47,891 nucleotides of DNA. Origin: Capsulimonadales bacterium. GTDB lineage: Bacteria > Armatimonadota > Armatimonadia > Armatimonadales > Armatimonadaceae. Where the stretch lies: the NCBI GenBank assembly GCA_033762295.1, contig JANRLW010000116.1, forward strand, positions 1 to 47,891, written 5' to 3'. The notes below the pieces were generated by a model. It was not told where the DNA came from. It made no database searches and saw only the letters and a list, made by a program, of their open reading frames with translations. The first letter of the stretch is position 1. Every line of letters begins with the position of its first letter. Position numbers and translations under genes: made by a program. Positions 9,865-18,828 of this stretch are shown piece by piece.

Positions 9865-11025
9865 ATGGAAGCATTTAGCATTTTTCAAAAGGGCGGCTTC
9901 GTCATGTACCCGCTGCTGCTCATGTCTCTGGCAGCGGTCGCCTTTTCGGTCGAGCGTTTCCTGGCTTTCCGGCAGTTCGGTAGCGGAAGCCCGGAAGGTT
10001 TCCTGGACGAGATGGTGAACCTGGTTCGGAACGGTCGGGCGGGGGATGCCCTGCGGCGAGCCGAACAGGTGCCCGGACCGGTCGCGGCCGCCGCCGTCGC
10101 CGTTTTGCGGCATCGAAACGCGGCGATCGAGGACGTCGAACGGGAAGTCGCCGTCACGATCGAGGATTACTTCGTTCGTCTCGAACGGTTCCTTCCGTGG
10201 CTGGACACCTTTACGACGCTGTCGCCGTTGCTCGGACTGCTCGGTACCATTCTCGGAATGGTGCAGGTCTTCCAGGAGTTCCGTAGCGCCAACGCGGAAG
10301 GAAGCGGCGGCGCGACCGACTCGCTGCTGGCGGGCGTCGGTGAGGCGCTGTACGCCACGGCGTTCGGTATCGCCATCGCCATCTTCTGCTTCTTCGCCTA
10401 CAACTCCTTTGCGGCGGCACAGCGTGCCGTCGCGATCGAGTCGCAGCAGATGGCCACCAAACTGATCGCGCTTCTCCACGATATGCGCCTCCGCCAGGAA
10501 GGCTACCAGGCGACACAGGAGGAGATGCTCGGAAAGCGTAAGCAGCGACGGGCGTCCTCCGGACGCGCGCTGAAGAAGACCAAGGTCGAAATCATCCCGA
10601 TGATCGATACCATGTTCTTCCTGCTCGTCTTCTTTATTCTGACCTCGGTCGGTCTGATCAAGCCGGAAGGCAACGTCAAACTGCCGGACGCCGCGACGGG
10701 GGAACGCAAGAAACCGGCCCAGGTGGTCATCGCGATCCTTCCCGACGAAAGTGTGAAGGTCAATAAAAAACTTCTGCGGCCGGGCGATAACATCGCGACG
10801 GTGTTGCAGGAAGAGATCGCCGGTCAACTGGGTACCGTCACCCCGGAAGACCTGGTCAAGGCGACGATCACGATTCAGGCCGATAAGGGAGTTTCCAGCA
10901 AGACGGTCGTCTCAGCGATCAATGAGATTGCGACCGCCGGCGTGGGAACAGTGACGATCGCAACCGGGAATGCTGCCGGTTCAGGGTCCGCGTCCGCGTC
11001 CGCGCCGACGGGAGCCACGGAGTAG
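9865..11025 (+). CDS. ExbB(MotA/TolQ)-ExbD fusion protein
   Basis: N-terminal half: GGFVMYPL, SPLLGLLGTILGM, GEALYATAFG. In-frame C-terminal half: VEIIPMIDTMFFLLVFF and IQADKGV. No stop codon between the halves. Confidence 0.9.
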   Translation: MEAFSIFQKGGFVMYPLLLMSLAAVAFSVERFLAFRQFGSGSPEGFLDEMVNLVRNGRAGDALRRAEQVPGPVAAAAVAVLRHRNAAIEDVEREVAVTIEDYFVRLERFLPWLDTFTTLSPLLGLLGTILGMVQVFQEFRSANAEGSGGATDSLLAGVGEALYATAFGIAIAIFCFFAYNSFAAAQRAVAIESQQMATKLIALLHDMRLRQEGYQATQEEMLGKRKQRRASSGRALKKTKVEIIPMIDTMFFLLVFFILTSVGLIKPEGNVKLPDAATGERKKPAQVVIAILPDESVKVNKKLLRPGDNIATVLQEEIAGQLGTVTPEDLVKATITIQADKGVSSKTVVSAINEIATAGVGTVTIATGNAAGSGSASASAPTGATE

Positions 11026-11164
11026 AAACCGGGGTCGATCGACCGTCCGACCTTCCGTCGAAACGGAGGCGATCGCGGGATTCACGTCATGTTCGGATGA
11101 AACTGAGGTCCTCCTCGGTGAACGATATTGCCGGGGCAGAGCATCGGAGGAGCGTTAGGCGACT

Positions 11165-11800
11165 ATGGGATATCTGGTGGAATTCTACACGGGCGGCGGT
11201 CTGGTCATGCATCCGTTGCTCATCATGCTTCTGGCGGCGATTTACTTCATCATCAATCGATTTCAGACGTTCGCCAAGGACGGGGCGACTTCGCCCGGAC
11301 TGCTGGATGAAGTCGTGGATCTGGTGAAGAAGGGGCGCGAGGGCGACGCGCTTCGCCGCGCCGAGGAAGGTGTCGGTCCGGTGGCGGCGTCCCTGGCGAC
11401 CATCCTGCGTAACCGCAACATGCCGTTCGAGGACATCGAACGGGAAGTCGAAGTCACCGGTGAGGAGTACTTCATCAAGCTGGAGAAGTTCCTTCCGTGG
11501 CTGGACACCTTTACGACGCTGTCGCCGTTGCTCGGACTGCTCGGCACCATTCTCGGAATGGTCGGCGTCTTCCAGAAGTTCCAGGCGGCACAGCGGGCGA
11601 ATCAGGCCGGTTCCGACCTTCTGGCGGGTGTCGGTGAGGCGCTGTACGCCACGGCGTTCGGTATCGCCATCGCCATCACCTGCTTCTTCTTCTACAACTA
11701 TTTCGCGGCCCGACAGCGCGCCATCTCGATCGAGACGCAGCAGGCGGCCACCAAGTTGCTGGCGGTCATCCATGACCAGCAGGTTTCGCGCCGCGTCTGA
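11165..11800 (+). CDS. exbB: MotA/TolQ/ExbB proton channel protein
   Basis: SPLLGLLGTILGM and GEALYATAFGIAIAI motifs; three TM segments. Confidence 0.92.
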   Translation: MGYLVEFYTGGGLVMHPLLIMLLAAIYFIINRFQTFAKDGATSPGLLDEVVDLVKKGREGDALRRAEEGVGPVAASLATILRNRNMPFEDIEREVEVTGEEYFIKLEKFLPWLDTFTTLSPLLGLLGTILGMVGVFQKFQAAQRANQAGSDLLAGVGEALYATAFGIAIAITCFFFYNYFAARQRAISIETQQAATKLLAVIHDQQVSRRV

Positions 11801-11840
11801 GCGTTCCCACGCCGAAGCGAGCAGATGGTCCGAAGGAGGG

Positions 11841-11866
11841 AGCGGATTCCGGCGGAATCCGCTTTC
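11841..11866 (+). terminator. Hairpin between exbB and exbD (weak terminator or mRNA stability element)
   Basis: AGCGGATTCC-GGC-GGAATCCGCT followed by only a short T run. Confidence 0.45.
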
Positions 11867-12024
11867 CGTCTCTCAGGGGCCGTTGTCAGGAAAAGGCGAA
11901 GTCGGCCCGCTTCGGAATTGCATCGGATGATTGAAGTTTTTTGACGGCCGGAAGGTCCGAAGTATATGAGAGACGACAACCGGTCGGATCGTTCCGAACG
12001 GATCGTTTCCGGGAGACGTAACCT

Positions 12025-12606
12025 ATGCATGGCGGCGGAGCGGAAGTCAGTGGCGCCCCGGGAAAACGGGGGGCGTTGAAGAAGACCAAGGTCGAGATCA
12101 TCCCGATGATCGATACCATGTTCTTCCTGCTCGTCTTCTTTATTCTAAGCTCGGTCGGAGCGCTGAAACTTCAGGGAATCAATCTGCAAATGCCGAAAGG
12201 GGGCAGTGCGCAACCGCCTCCGCCCGGAACGGACGAACCTCTGAACGTTATGATCAACATCAAGCCCGACGGACGGATGTTCGTCGGCGCGAAACCGGTG
12301 CCTGTCAGCGGCGGGATCGCGACGTTGATCGAACAGCAGGCGATCAAGGACAAGCGATTGTTCCCGGACGATCGCGCCAGTATGGAGAAGGTGCTGAAGA
12401 AGGCGGTCGTTATCGTCAATGCCGACCCGAAGGCGTCGCACGAACTGGTCATCAAGGCCATCGACGACGCGCGCGGGCTCAAACGGCAGACGCCGGACAG
12501 TGACACCGACGCCACCCGCCAGGAAGTGGGAAACTCTCTTTTGACCCAGTTTGCTCTCGCCAACTCCGCGGAAGAAACGACTCCTGCGCCGACGCCCGGT
12601 TCGTAG
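12025..12606 (+). CDS. exbD: Biopolymer transport protein ExbD/TolR
   Basis: VEIIPMIDTMFFLLVFF TM segment with the essential Asp; VNADPKASHELVIKAID periplasmic motif. Confidence 0.92.
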   Translation: MHGGGAEVSGAPGKRGALKKTKVEIIPMIDTMFFLLVFFILSSVGALKLQGINLQMPKGGSAQPPPPGTDEPLNVMINIKPDGRMFVGAKPVPVSGGIATLIEQQAIKDKRLFPDDRASMEKVLKKAVVIVNADPKASHELVIKAIDDARGLKRQTPDSDTDATRQEVGNSLLTQFALANSAEETTPAPTPGS

Positions 12607-12774
12607 GGGCGAACGGACAGGACCGCGACGTCACGAAACGACGACAGGCAATTAACGACAGGCAATTATTGAATCGGATGGTATGGGCGGGAGAAAAAGG
12701 TTCGGCGGACGCCGGTTTATTCGCTGGCCTGAAACGGCGTTGGCATTCGGAGATCGGAAGGAATCAATTGACAA

Positions 12775-14700
12775 ATGGCTAATATGGGAACCCCTAACCT
12801 GGCGCCGGCAGGACCGACGCCCACCGGACGGGGGCTGTCGGACGATAATTTCGCGCAGCGCATGGGCATCGGTCTCGCCGTTTCCATCGGCGTGAACCTT
12901 GCCGTGTTCACCGGAGCCAGTCTGATGGCCCGAGAACCCGCCGTTACCGACAACAGCCCGCTCCAGTACGTCACCGTGCCGTCGCCGACCCCGGTCGTCG
13001 CGACTCCCGCGCCGTCGCCGTCGGTCGCCGCGACCCCGGAACCTAAGCCGTCGGTCGCTCCGACGCCGGTTCCGGCTACCCCCGAACCCCGGCCGTCGGT
13101 GGCCCCCACGCCGGAGGTGAGGCGTCCGGAACCCCGACCGTCGGTCGTTGCGACGCCGCGGCCTGTGGTGCGCCCGGTTACCCGGACCGCGACCCCGCCG
13201 CCGACCGTCATCCCGACACCGCAACCGGCCGTGCGCCCGTCCGCACAGCCGACCGTCGCCGTCCGGCAGCCCACGCGACCGGTCGTCACAAACAATCTGG
13301 CCGTCAAGGTCGACCCGACAATGGCGACTCCGCCGCCGTCCGTGGTCCGCGAACTGAACAATAACTACCGGCCGACCTCCACCGCGCTGAACCGGGGATC
13401 GGTGACCGGGACGACGCTGACTCCGCGATCCGTACGCGCGGCGGCGGTGAACGCGGTGGGCGGAACCGCGCCCGGCGCGGCCGCCGCGGCTCCCGGACGC
13501 CCGACCGAAGTGCGCCGCGCGGCCGGTAACCCCGGCGCGGCCGGCGCGATCGGTGGTGGCCCGGCCGCACTCAATCCGGTCGTGGTCGCGCCGACGGTCG
13601 AATCGACAATCGCCGGATCGACCCGGCAGCTGCGAACCGTCTCCGGTACCGTCGGCCGCATGGCCGGAAAGATCGGAGTGGTCACGCTGTCCGCCCGTGC
13701 GTCGGCGGCCAGCACCTCCTCGTTCGAAGTGGCCTCCGGCGGTGGTAGCCTCCGCGCCGGAACCGTGACGGCCCGACAGGGGTCGGGCGCGGGAACGGGG
13801 GCGACCGCCGTCTCCGGAACCCCGACCGTGATCAGCAACGGAGCCGAGTACACCGTGTCCGCGCCCGGCGCGCCGGATCGCGGACCGATCGGCGTGCGTG
13901 GCAATAAAAGCCAGGTGATCGGCACCGCCGTTACTGCGCTCCAGTCCAAGGGGAGCGCCGCGGATGTCGCGCAGGGAGTCGCCGTCTACGGCGATGCGCC
14001 CGGCGGCAATCAAAAGGGAGCGGTCGGTGTCAAGGCGGTCGCCGCTGTCGGTCAGTCCGGCCAGTTATCTGCGGTGGCCGGCGGTGGCACCGGGCCGGTG
14101 GGCTCGGCCGGAACCGGCCAGGGCGGCGCGGATCGCGCAGGGGCCGCCGGAGTCGCGGGCGGTAAGGGCCGCGGTGTCCAGGGAAGCGCAGGCGATGGCG
14201 GCGGCGGGGTCGGCGGACGAGTCTCCGGCGGCAGCGGCGAAGTCTACGGCGTGCCGAACGGCGTACCCAACGGCGTTGTCAAGACCAACGTGACGCTGAA
14301 CGTCGCCAAGAAGGACGAGGTCAAGGTCAACACCAACACGGTCAAGGTGAATACGACCAAGATCGAGGATAAGCCGACGATCCAGACCAACGCACCGAAG
14401 GATCTGACGTTCGACGAGATCGAGGAACTGGCGACCGACAAGACGGTTACCCAATCCCCGGCGCGTGCCTCCTCCAAGCCCTCCTGGGATCCACCGTACG
14501 TCAAGTACAGCGGACTCGTGGAGGTGCGCGTGACCATCGAGGCCAATGGCAGCCATTCGGAAGAGATTACCAAGAATACCGGCGTTCCCGAACTGGACCG
14601 GTATCTGAAGACCTTCTTCTCCAACTGGCGATGGGAACCGGGCAAGGTCGACGGTAAGGCCGTTCGAACCACCAAGACCGTTCGATTCCGCATCAACTAA
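12775..14700 (+). CDS. TonB-family energy transducer with long Pro-rich and Gly/Ala-rich linker
   Basis: N-terminal TM anchor, Pro-rich region, C-terminal TonB_C-like domain (GLVEVRVTIEANG...LD...WRWEPGKVDGKAV...VRFRIN); follows exbBD. Confidence 0.85.
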   Translation: MANMGTPNLAPAGPTPTGRGLSDDNFAQRMGIGLAVSIGVNLAVFTGASLMAREPAVTDNSPLQYVTVPSPTPVVATPAPSPSVAATPEPKPSVAPTPVPATPEPRPSVAPTPEVRRPEPRPSVVATPRPVVRPVTRTATPPPTVIPTPQPAVRPSAQPTVAVRQPTRPVVTNNLAVKVDPTMATPPPSVVRELNNNYRPTSTALNRGSVTGTTLTPRSVRAAAVNAVGGTAPGAAAAAPGRPTEVRRAAGNPGAAGAIGGGPAALNPVVVAPTVESTIAGSTRQLRTVSGTVGRMAGKIGVVTLSARASAASTSSFEVASGGGSLRAGTVTARQGSGAGTGATAVSGTPTVISNGAEYTVSAPGAPDRGPIGVRGNKSQVIGTAVTALQSKGSAADVAQGVAVYGDAPGGNQKGAVGVKAVAAVGQSGQLSAVAGGGTGPVGSAGTGQGGADRAGAAGVAGGKGRGVQGSAGDGGGGVGGRVSGGSGEVYGVPNGVPNGVVKTNVTLNVAKKDEVKVNTNTVKVNTTKIEDKPTIQTNAPKDLTFDEIEELATDKTVTQSPARASSKPSWDPPYVKYSGLVEVRVTIEANGSHSEEITKNTGVPELDRYLKTFFSNWRWEPGKVDGKAVRTTKTVRFRIN

Positions 14701-14722
14701 TCGTCCTGATTTCTGACCGACC

Positions 14723-14752
14723 AAAACGCCCCGGCAATCGCCGGGGCGTTTT
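14723..14752. terminator. Bidirectional rho-independent terminator
   Basis: AAAACGCCCCGGC-AATC-GCCGGGGCGTTTT between convergent genes. Confidence 0.9.
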
Positions 14753-14781
14753 ATCGTTTTCGAACGATCCTGTTCGAACGG

Positions 14782-15276
14782 TCAATAACCGCGCGCCACG
14801 TAACCGCCCAGCCAGCCCGTGTAGCTGATAATACCGGTCGCCACGGTCAGCAGAACCAGATAGGCGAGCCATTCCGTGCCCTTTAACTCATCCTTCCGGA
14901 CGATACGCCAGAGGGACAGGAGAACGGCGAGGACCGAGACGACAATGGCGACGTTCCGGTGTCTTTCCATCGAATCGGACATCCACCGGGACACGCCGAA
15001 CCAGCCGTTCTGCCCGGTCAATCCGGAAAGGACCGCCGGTACGGAAACGACCGCCGCGACGAGCAGGGTCCAGAAACCGATGGTGCGCCAGTGCGGTCGA
15101 CGAAATATGGTCGCGCCCATGTCAAAGCAAAACGCCAGAATAAGCCCGACAATCGGGAAGTGGGCGGTGGCGCCGTGGATATGCTGCCAGAAAGCGATGG
15201 GGTCTTCCTTCGGAGACAAGGGAACGATTCCTTTCGGTCGGTTGCGGAGACGTTTTACCGCTGTCTGTTCGGACAA
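14782..15276 (-). CDS. DUF2231-like four-TM membrane protein (start uncertain)
   Basis: HGATAHFPI, SGLTG, ERH and YTGWLGG..A motifs. Confidence 0.8.
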   Translation of the reverse strand: MSEQTAVKRLRNRPKGIVPLSPKEDPIAFWQHIHGATAHFPIVGLILAFCFDMGATIFRRPHWRTIGFWTLLVAAVVSVPAVLSGLTGQNGWFGVSRWMSDSMERHRNVAIVVSVLAVLLSLWRIVRKDELKGTEWLAYLVLLTVATGIISYTGWLGGYVARGY

Positions 15277-15327
15277 CCGAAAACGAATCCCGTATTCCCC
15301 ATTATTCGGCGTTTTATTCCGTTCCCC

Positions 15328-16461
15328 CTAACTTTTTTGCGGGTGGGGATCAAAGGGCGCCATCAGCCAGAAAAGACGCGCGACGGAGGCGTTCGCCATC
15401 AGGGTTTTGCGCTCCTCCGGACGTGAGCTCGGACGCCATCGGGTGAAGTATCCGCCGTCCTGCGGATCGCGGACGTGAAGGTAGGCGAAATCGGCGTTTC
15501 GACGGGCGTGCTCCAGCAGATAGGGCTCCCGCGTTTCCGTGTAAAGGTCCAGAAACGCCTCCACAAGAAGGTGGGAGAAGTTTGCCTCGTCCCGGAATGC
15601 GCCGGTTTCGGGATGGACGAACTCCCTGACGGACGCCTGCGCCAGTCGCCGCGCCTCGGCCAGAAAGGCGGCCTCACGGGTACATCGGTAGATGCCGAGG
15701 TTGGCCCGCAGCATCAGGGCGGTGTTGTAGGTCCACTTCGTCTTCTCGATTTTGCCGTCTTCGATCCGGAGATTATCCCAGAACGTTCCGTCCGGCGCCT
15801 GTAGCGTCCGGTTGGTCCAGGCGACGATCCGTTTCGCCTGGTTCAGGTGATGGGTGGCGGCGGTATGGCGGGCCAGGGCGACGGCGGCGGTCGCCGTCGG
15901 GCCGTTGGAACAGGTGTTTTTGCTTTTGTGGTCCTGCCGCCAGTAGATGCCCCCCCCGAGTTTCTCGTCCCACCCCGTGTAGACGTACCGTTGAAGAACG
16001 GCGGCCCGATCCAGGAACTTCCGATCTCCGGTCCGTTCAAAAGCCTCCGAGAACGTCAGCACCATCCAGGCATTGTCGTCATAGTACTTATCGTCGCCGT
16101 TCGGGGACGCAAAATAGGCATCGTAGGCGGGGGCGGGCGCGTTCCGATCGAAATAGGCTTCCAGTCCCATGAAGAAGGCGTCCAGAAGCGGGCGAAACCG
16201 GGGCGGGTCGTACCGCAGCCCGCCGACAAAAGCGGAGAACGCAATGCCGTTCGCCCACATGAAATCGTACGGCAGCGCTTTCGGATCGGGTGGGACGGCG
16301 GGTCGGAAACGCCCCACGGCGGGAACCCAGAACGCTTTGAGGAGGTATTCGGTGACCGATTCCGCCCGTTCCCGGTAGGAGGGAAGCGGCGAACGATCGG
16401 AGCGGAAGAGCGGCGCGCGCGGCATGCCGGGAATCGAGGAGAGAAAGGAACGGCGTGTCAT
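15328..16461 (-). CDS. Glycoside hydrolase family 76 (alpha-1,6-mannanase-like)
   Basis: YYDDNAW catalytic DD, GGGIYW...SKNTCSN, WTYN. ATG at 16461 has a GGAGGGG RBS and a TRRSFL twin-arginine-like start. Confidence 0.9.
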   Translation of the reverse strand: MTRRSFLSSIPGMPRAPLFRSDRSPLPSYRERAESVTEYLLKAFWVPAVGRFRPAVPPDPKALPYDFMWANGIAFSAFVGGLRYDPPRFRPLLDAFFMGLEAYFDRNAPAPAYDAYFASPNGDDKYYDDNAWMVLTFSEAFERTGDRKFLDRAAVLQRYVYTGWDEKLGGGIYWRQDHKSKNTCSNGPTATAAVALARHTAATHHLNQAKRIVAWTNRTLQAPDGTFWDNLRIEDGKIEKTKWTYNTALMLRANLGIYRCTREAAFLAEARRLAQASVREFVHPETGAFRDEANFSHLLVEAFLDLYTETREPYLLEHARRNADFAYLHVRDPQDGGYFTRWRPSSRPEERKTLMANASVARLFWLMAPFDPHPQKS

Positions 16462-16585
16462 GACTCCCCTCCAGTATAGCGACGGAACCGCTTCCGCGCG
16501 AGGATTGCGGGGCGTTGTTCCGTAAAACGATCTTTTTTCCGTTTTTGCGTTTCCTTTTCCCCGGTTTTGCGCCGGGGTGACGGTC

Positions 16586-16837
16586 ATGGCTTACGCTGGA
16601 TCGAACGCGAACGCCGCGTTCCCGGAACTGACCGAGAAAAGGAAACGCCGCATGGTAACGTGTACCGTCCGCCCGAAACGACTCCGCCCGACTTCCGCCG
16701 CCCGGCATACCGCCTGGTGGTGGGTCCTGTTACTTCTGGTCACCGCGTACTGGTGGAGTTCGGCCGGCTTCCTGCTCGGGCAGGAGTGTCTGCGGGTCTC
16801 CGCCTGCCAGCGAGCCTGGGCGCGGCACGATCGCTGA
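16586..16837 (+). CDS. Small hypothetical membrane protein
   Basis: One hydrophobic segment (AWWWVLLLLVTAYWW); no family recognised. Confidence 0.35.
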   Translation: MAYAGSNANAAFPELTEKRKRRMVTCTVRPKRLRPTSAARHTAWWWVLLLLVTAYWWSSAGFLLGQECLRVSACQRAWARHDR

Positions 16838-16873
16838 CAAACGGATCGACAAACGGGTCGACAAACGCATCGA
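16836..16873 (+). repeat. 12-bp tandem repeat x3 upstream of the BTAD regulator
   Basis: GACAAACGGATC GACAAACGGGTC GACAAACGCATC GA. Confidence 0.85.
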
Positions 16874-16974
16874 AACTTAATGATTATTTTGCGTGGATTT
16901 TGCGTTGTCCCGTCGGTTTCGCGCTATCCTGAAAGGGGACACCGAATGCGGAGAGACGGAGACAACGGCAAAAA

Positions 16975-18828
16975 ATGACGGATCAACCGATCTGGCGGGT
17001 CGATCTTTTCGGGGGGTTGCGCGTGCGCCATGAGCATCGGGAGATGGCCCCGCTGGACACGCGTAAAACGGTCGCCCTGCTGGCCTGCCTTGCGATCCGC
17101 CCGGATCAGAACGTTCCGCGAGAGGTGCTGGCGGAACAACTCTGGCCGGGCGAAATGTGGGAGGCGACCCGGAATCGACTTCGACAGGCACTGTCCGTCC
17201 TGCGTCGTGCGCTCGAACCGCCGGGGATCGTCGAGGGGAGCGTTCTGGCGGGGGAGCGGGGCACGGTACGGTTGTGTTCGGCCGGGGTGCGGACCGACCT
17301 TGCCGCCTTCGACGCTCTCCTTCGACGGGCGGCCCGGGCATCGGAACCGGACGCGCGTGCCGCCCTGCTCGCGGAGGCCGCACAGGTGTACGAAGGGGAT
17401 CTGCTCCCCGGCTTCTATGAGGATTGGATCGTCGCTGCGCGGGAGCGATACGCGGAAACCTATCGCAACCTGCTGTTCGATCTGGCGGTCGCCTGGAAAG
17501 AGGCCGGGGAAACGCAGAAAGCCCGGGAGACGCTGGTGCAGGCGTTGCACGAAAACCCGCTGCGGGAGGATGCGCACCACCTGTTGATCCGTCTGTATGC
17601 CGAGTCGGGCCGCCCGGCGGAAGCGATCTGCCACTTTCAGGAGTTTGAGCGGACGCTGAAGACCCGTCTGGGAGTGTCCCCCTCGGCGGACATGGTGACG
17701 CTGGCAGCGCAGCTTCGTCAGGGGAGCGTTCCTGTCATCCCGCCCGTCCGCGTTCCGGAGCGCGCGCCGCTTCGCCCGCTCCCCGCGGACGAGAGCGAAC
17801 GCCCGACCGGAATCGACACCGTCGAACCGGAGGGCGGGGCCGTGCCCCTCGGGTCGCCGTTCTACCTTACCCGGGAGGCCGATACGGTCTTCGCCACCGC
17901 CATCGCCCGGCAGGATAGCATCGTTCTCGTCAAGGGCGCGCGGCAGATGGGAAAGACCAGTCTGCTGGCGCGAGGTTTGCAGAGGGCGCGGACGGCCGGG
18001 GCGCAGGTCGTCTTCACCGATCTACAGAAGCTGGACCATACGCAGATGGAGTCGCCCGCCCACCTGTTTGAAACGTTCGCCGAAATGCTGGTCGATCAAC
18101 TGGGTCTGGATACCGAACGCGCCGAGTACTGGAACGACGAACGCGGCTGGAACGTCAATTTCGAACGGTTCATGCGGCGGCATGTCCTGGCCAGCGTCCC
18201 CCATCTCGTCTGGGGAATGGATGAAATCGACCGACTGTTCGGTTATGCCTACCGGGAGGTCGTCTTCGGCCTGTTTCGTTCCTGGCATAACGAACGCTCC
18301 CTGAATCCGGACGGACCCTGGAGCCAGTTGACGCTGGCGATCGCCTATGCGACCGAGGCCCATCTGTTCATCACCGACCTGAACCAGTCCCCGTTCAATG
18401 TCGGAACCCGGCTGACACTGGAGGATTTCACCGCCGATGAGGTGGCGGAGGTAAACGCCCGGTACGGGCAACCCGTTCCCCCGGAGGAGATGACACTGTT
18501 GCTTGGCCTGGTAGGCGGACATCCCTATCTCGTGCGCCGGGTGCTGCAGGCGCTGACGTCGGGCAAAATCACCCTGCCCCGCATCCGACAGCGAGCCATC
18601 GAGGAGGACGGTCCGTTCGGGGATCACCTGCGACAGATGCTGCGCTCCCTGACACGGGACCCGTTGCTCTGTGAGGCGATCCGCGAGGTGTTGAAGGGAC
18701 GGTCCTGTCCGACGTCGGAAAGCTTTTATCGGTTGCGTAGCGCGGGAATCCTCGTCGGGACGACCGCCGCCGAAGCGCGCCTGCGGTGCGGTCTGTACCG
18801 GGAATTCCTGGAGGATCGCCTGCGATGA
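16975..18828 (+). CDS. SARP-type wHTH-BTAD regulator fused to an AAA_35-like P-loop NTPase
   Basis: LFGGLRV...REVLAEQLWP...NRLRQALS, YEGDLLPGFYEDW, NPLREDAH (BTAD); PEGGAVPLGSPFYL, KGARQMGKTS, DEID, QSPFNVG, GGHPYLV. Confidence 0.9.
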   Translation: MTDQPIWRVDLFGGLRVRHEHREMAPLDTRKTVALLACLAIRPDQNVPREVLAEQLWPGEMWEATRNRLRQALSVLRRALEPPGIVEGSVLAGERGTVRLCSAGVRTDLAAFDALLRRAARASEPDARAALLAEAAQVYEGDLLPGFYEDWIVAARERYAETYRNLLFDLAVAWKEAGETQKARETLVQALHENPLREDAHHLLIRLYAESGRPAEAICHFQEFERTLKTRLGVSPSADMVTLAAQLRQGSVPVIPPVRVPERAPLRPLPADESERPTGIDTVEPEGGAVPLGSPFYLTREADTVFATAIARQDSIVLVKGARQMGKTSLLARGLQRARTAGAQVVFTDLQKLDHTQMESPAHLFETFAEMLVDQLGLDTERAEYWNDERGWNVNFERFMRRHVLASVPHLVWGMDEIDRLFGYAYREVVFGLFRSWHNERSLNPDGPWSQLTLAIAYATEAHLFITDLNQSPFNVGTRLTLEDFTADEVAEVNARYGQPVPPEEMTLLLGLVGGHPYLVRRVLQALTSGKITLPRIRQRAIEEDGPFGDHLRQMLRSLTRDPLLCEAIREVLKGRSCPTSESFYRLRSAGILVGTTAAEARLRCGLYREFLEDRLR

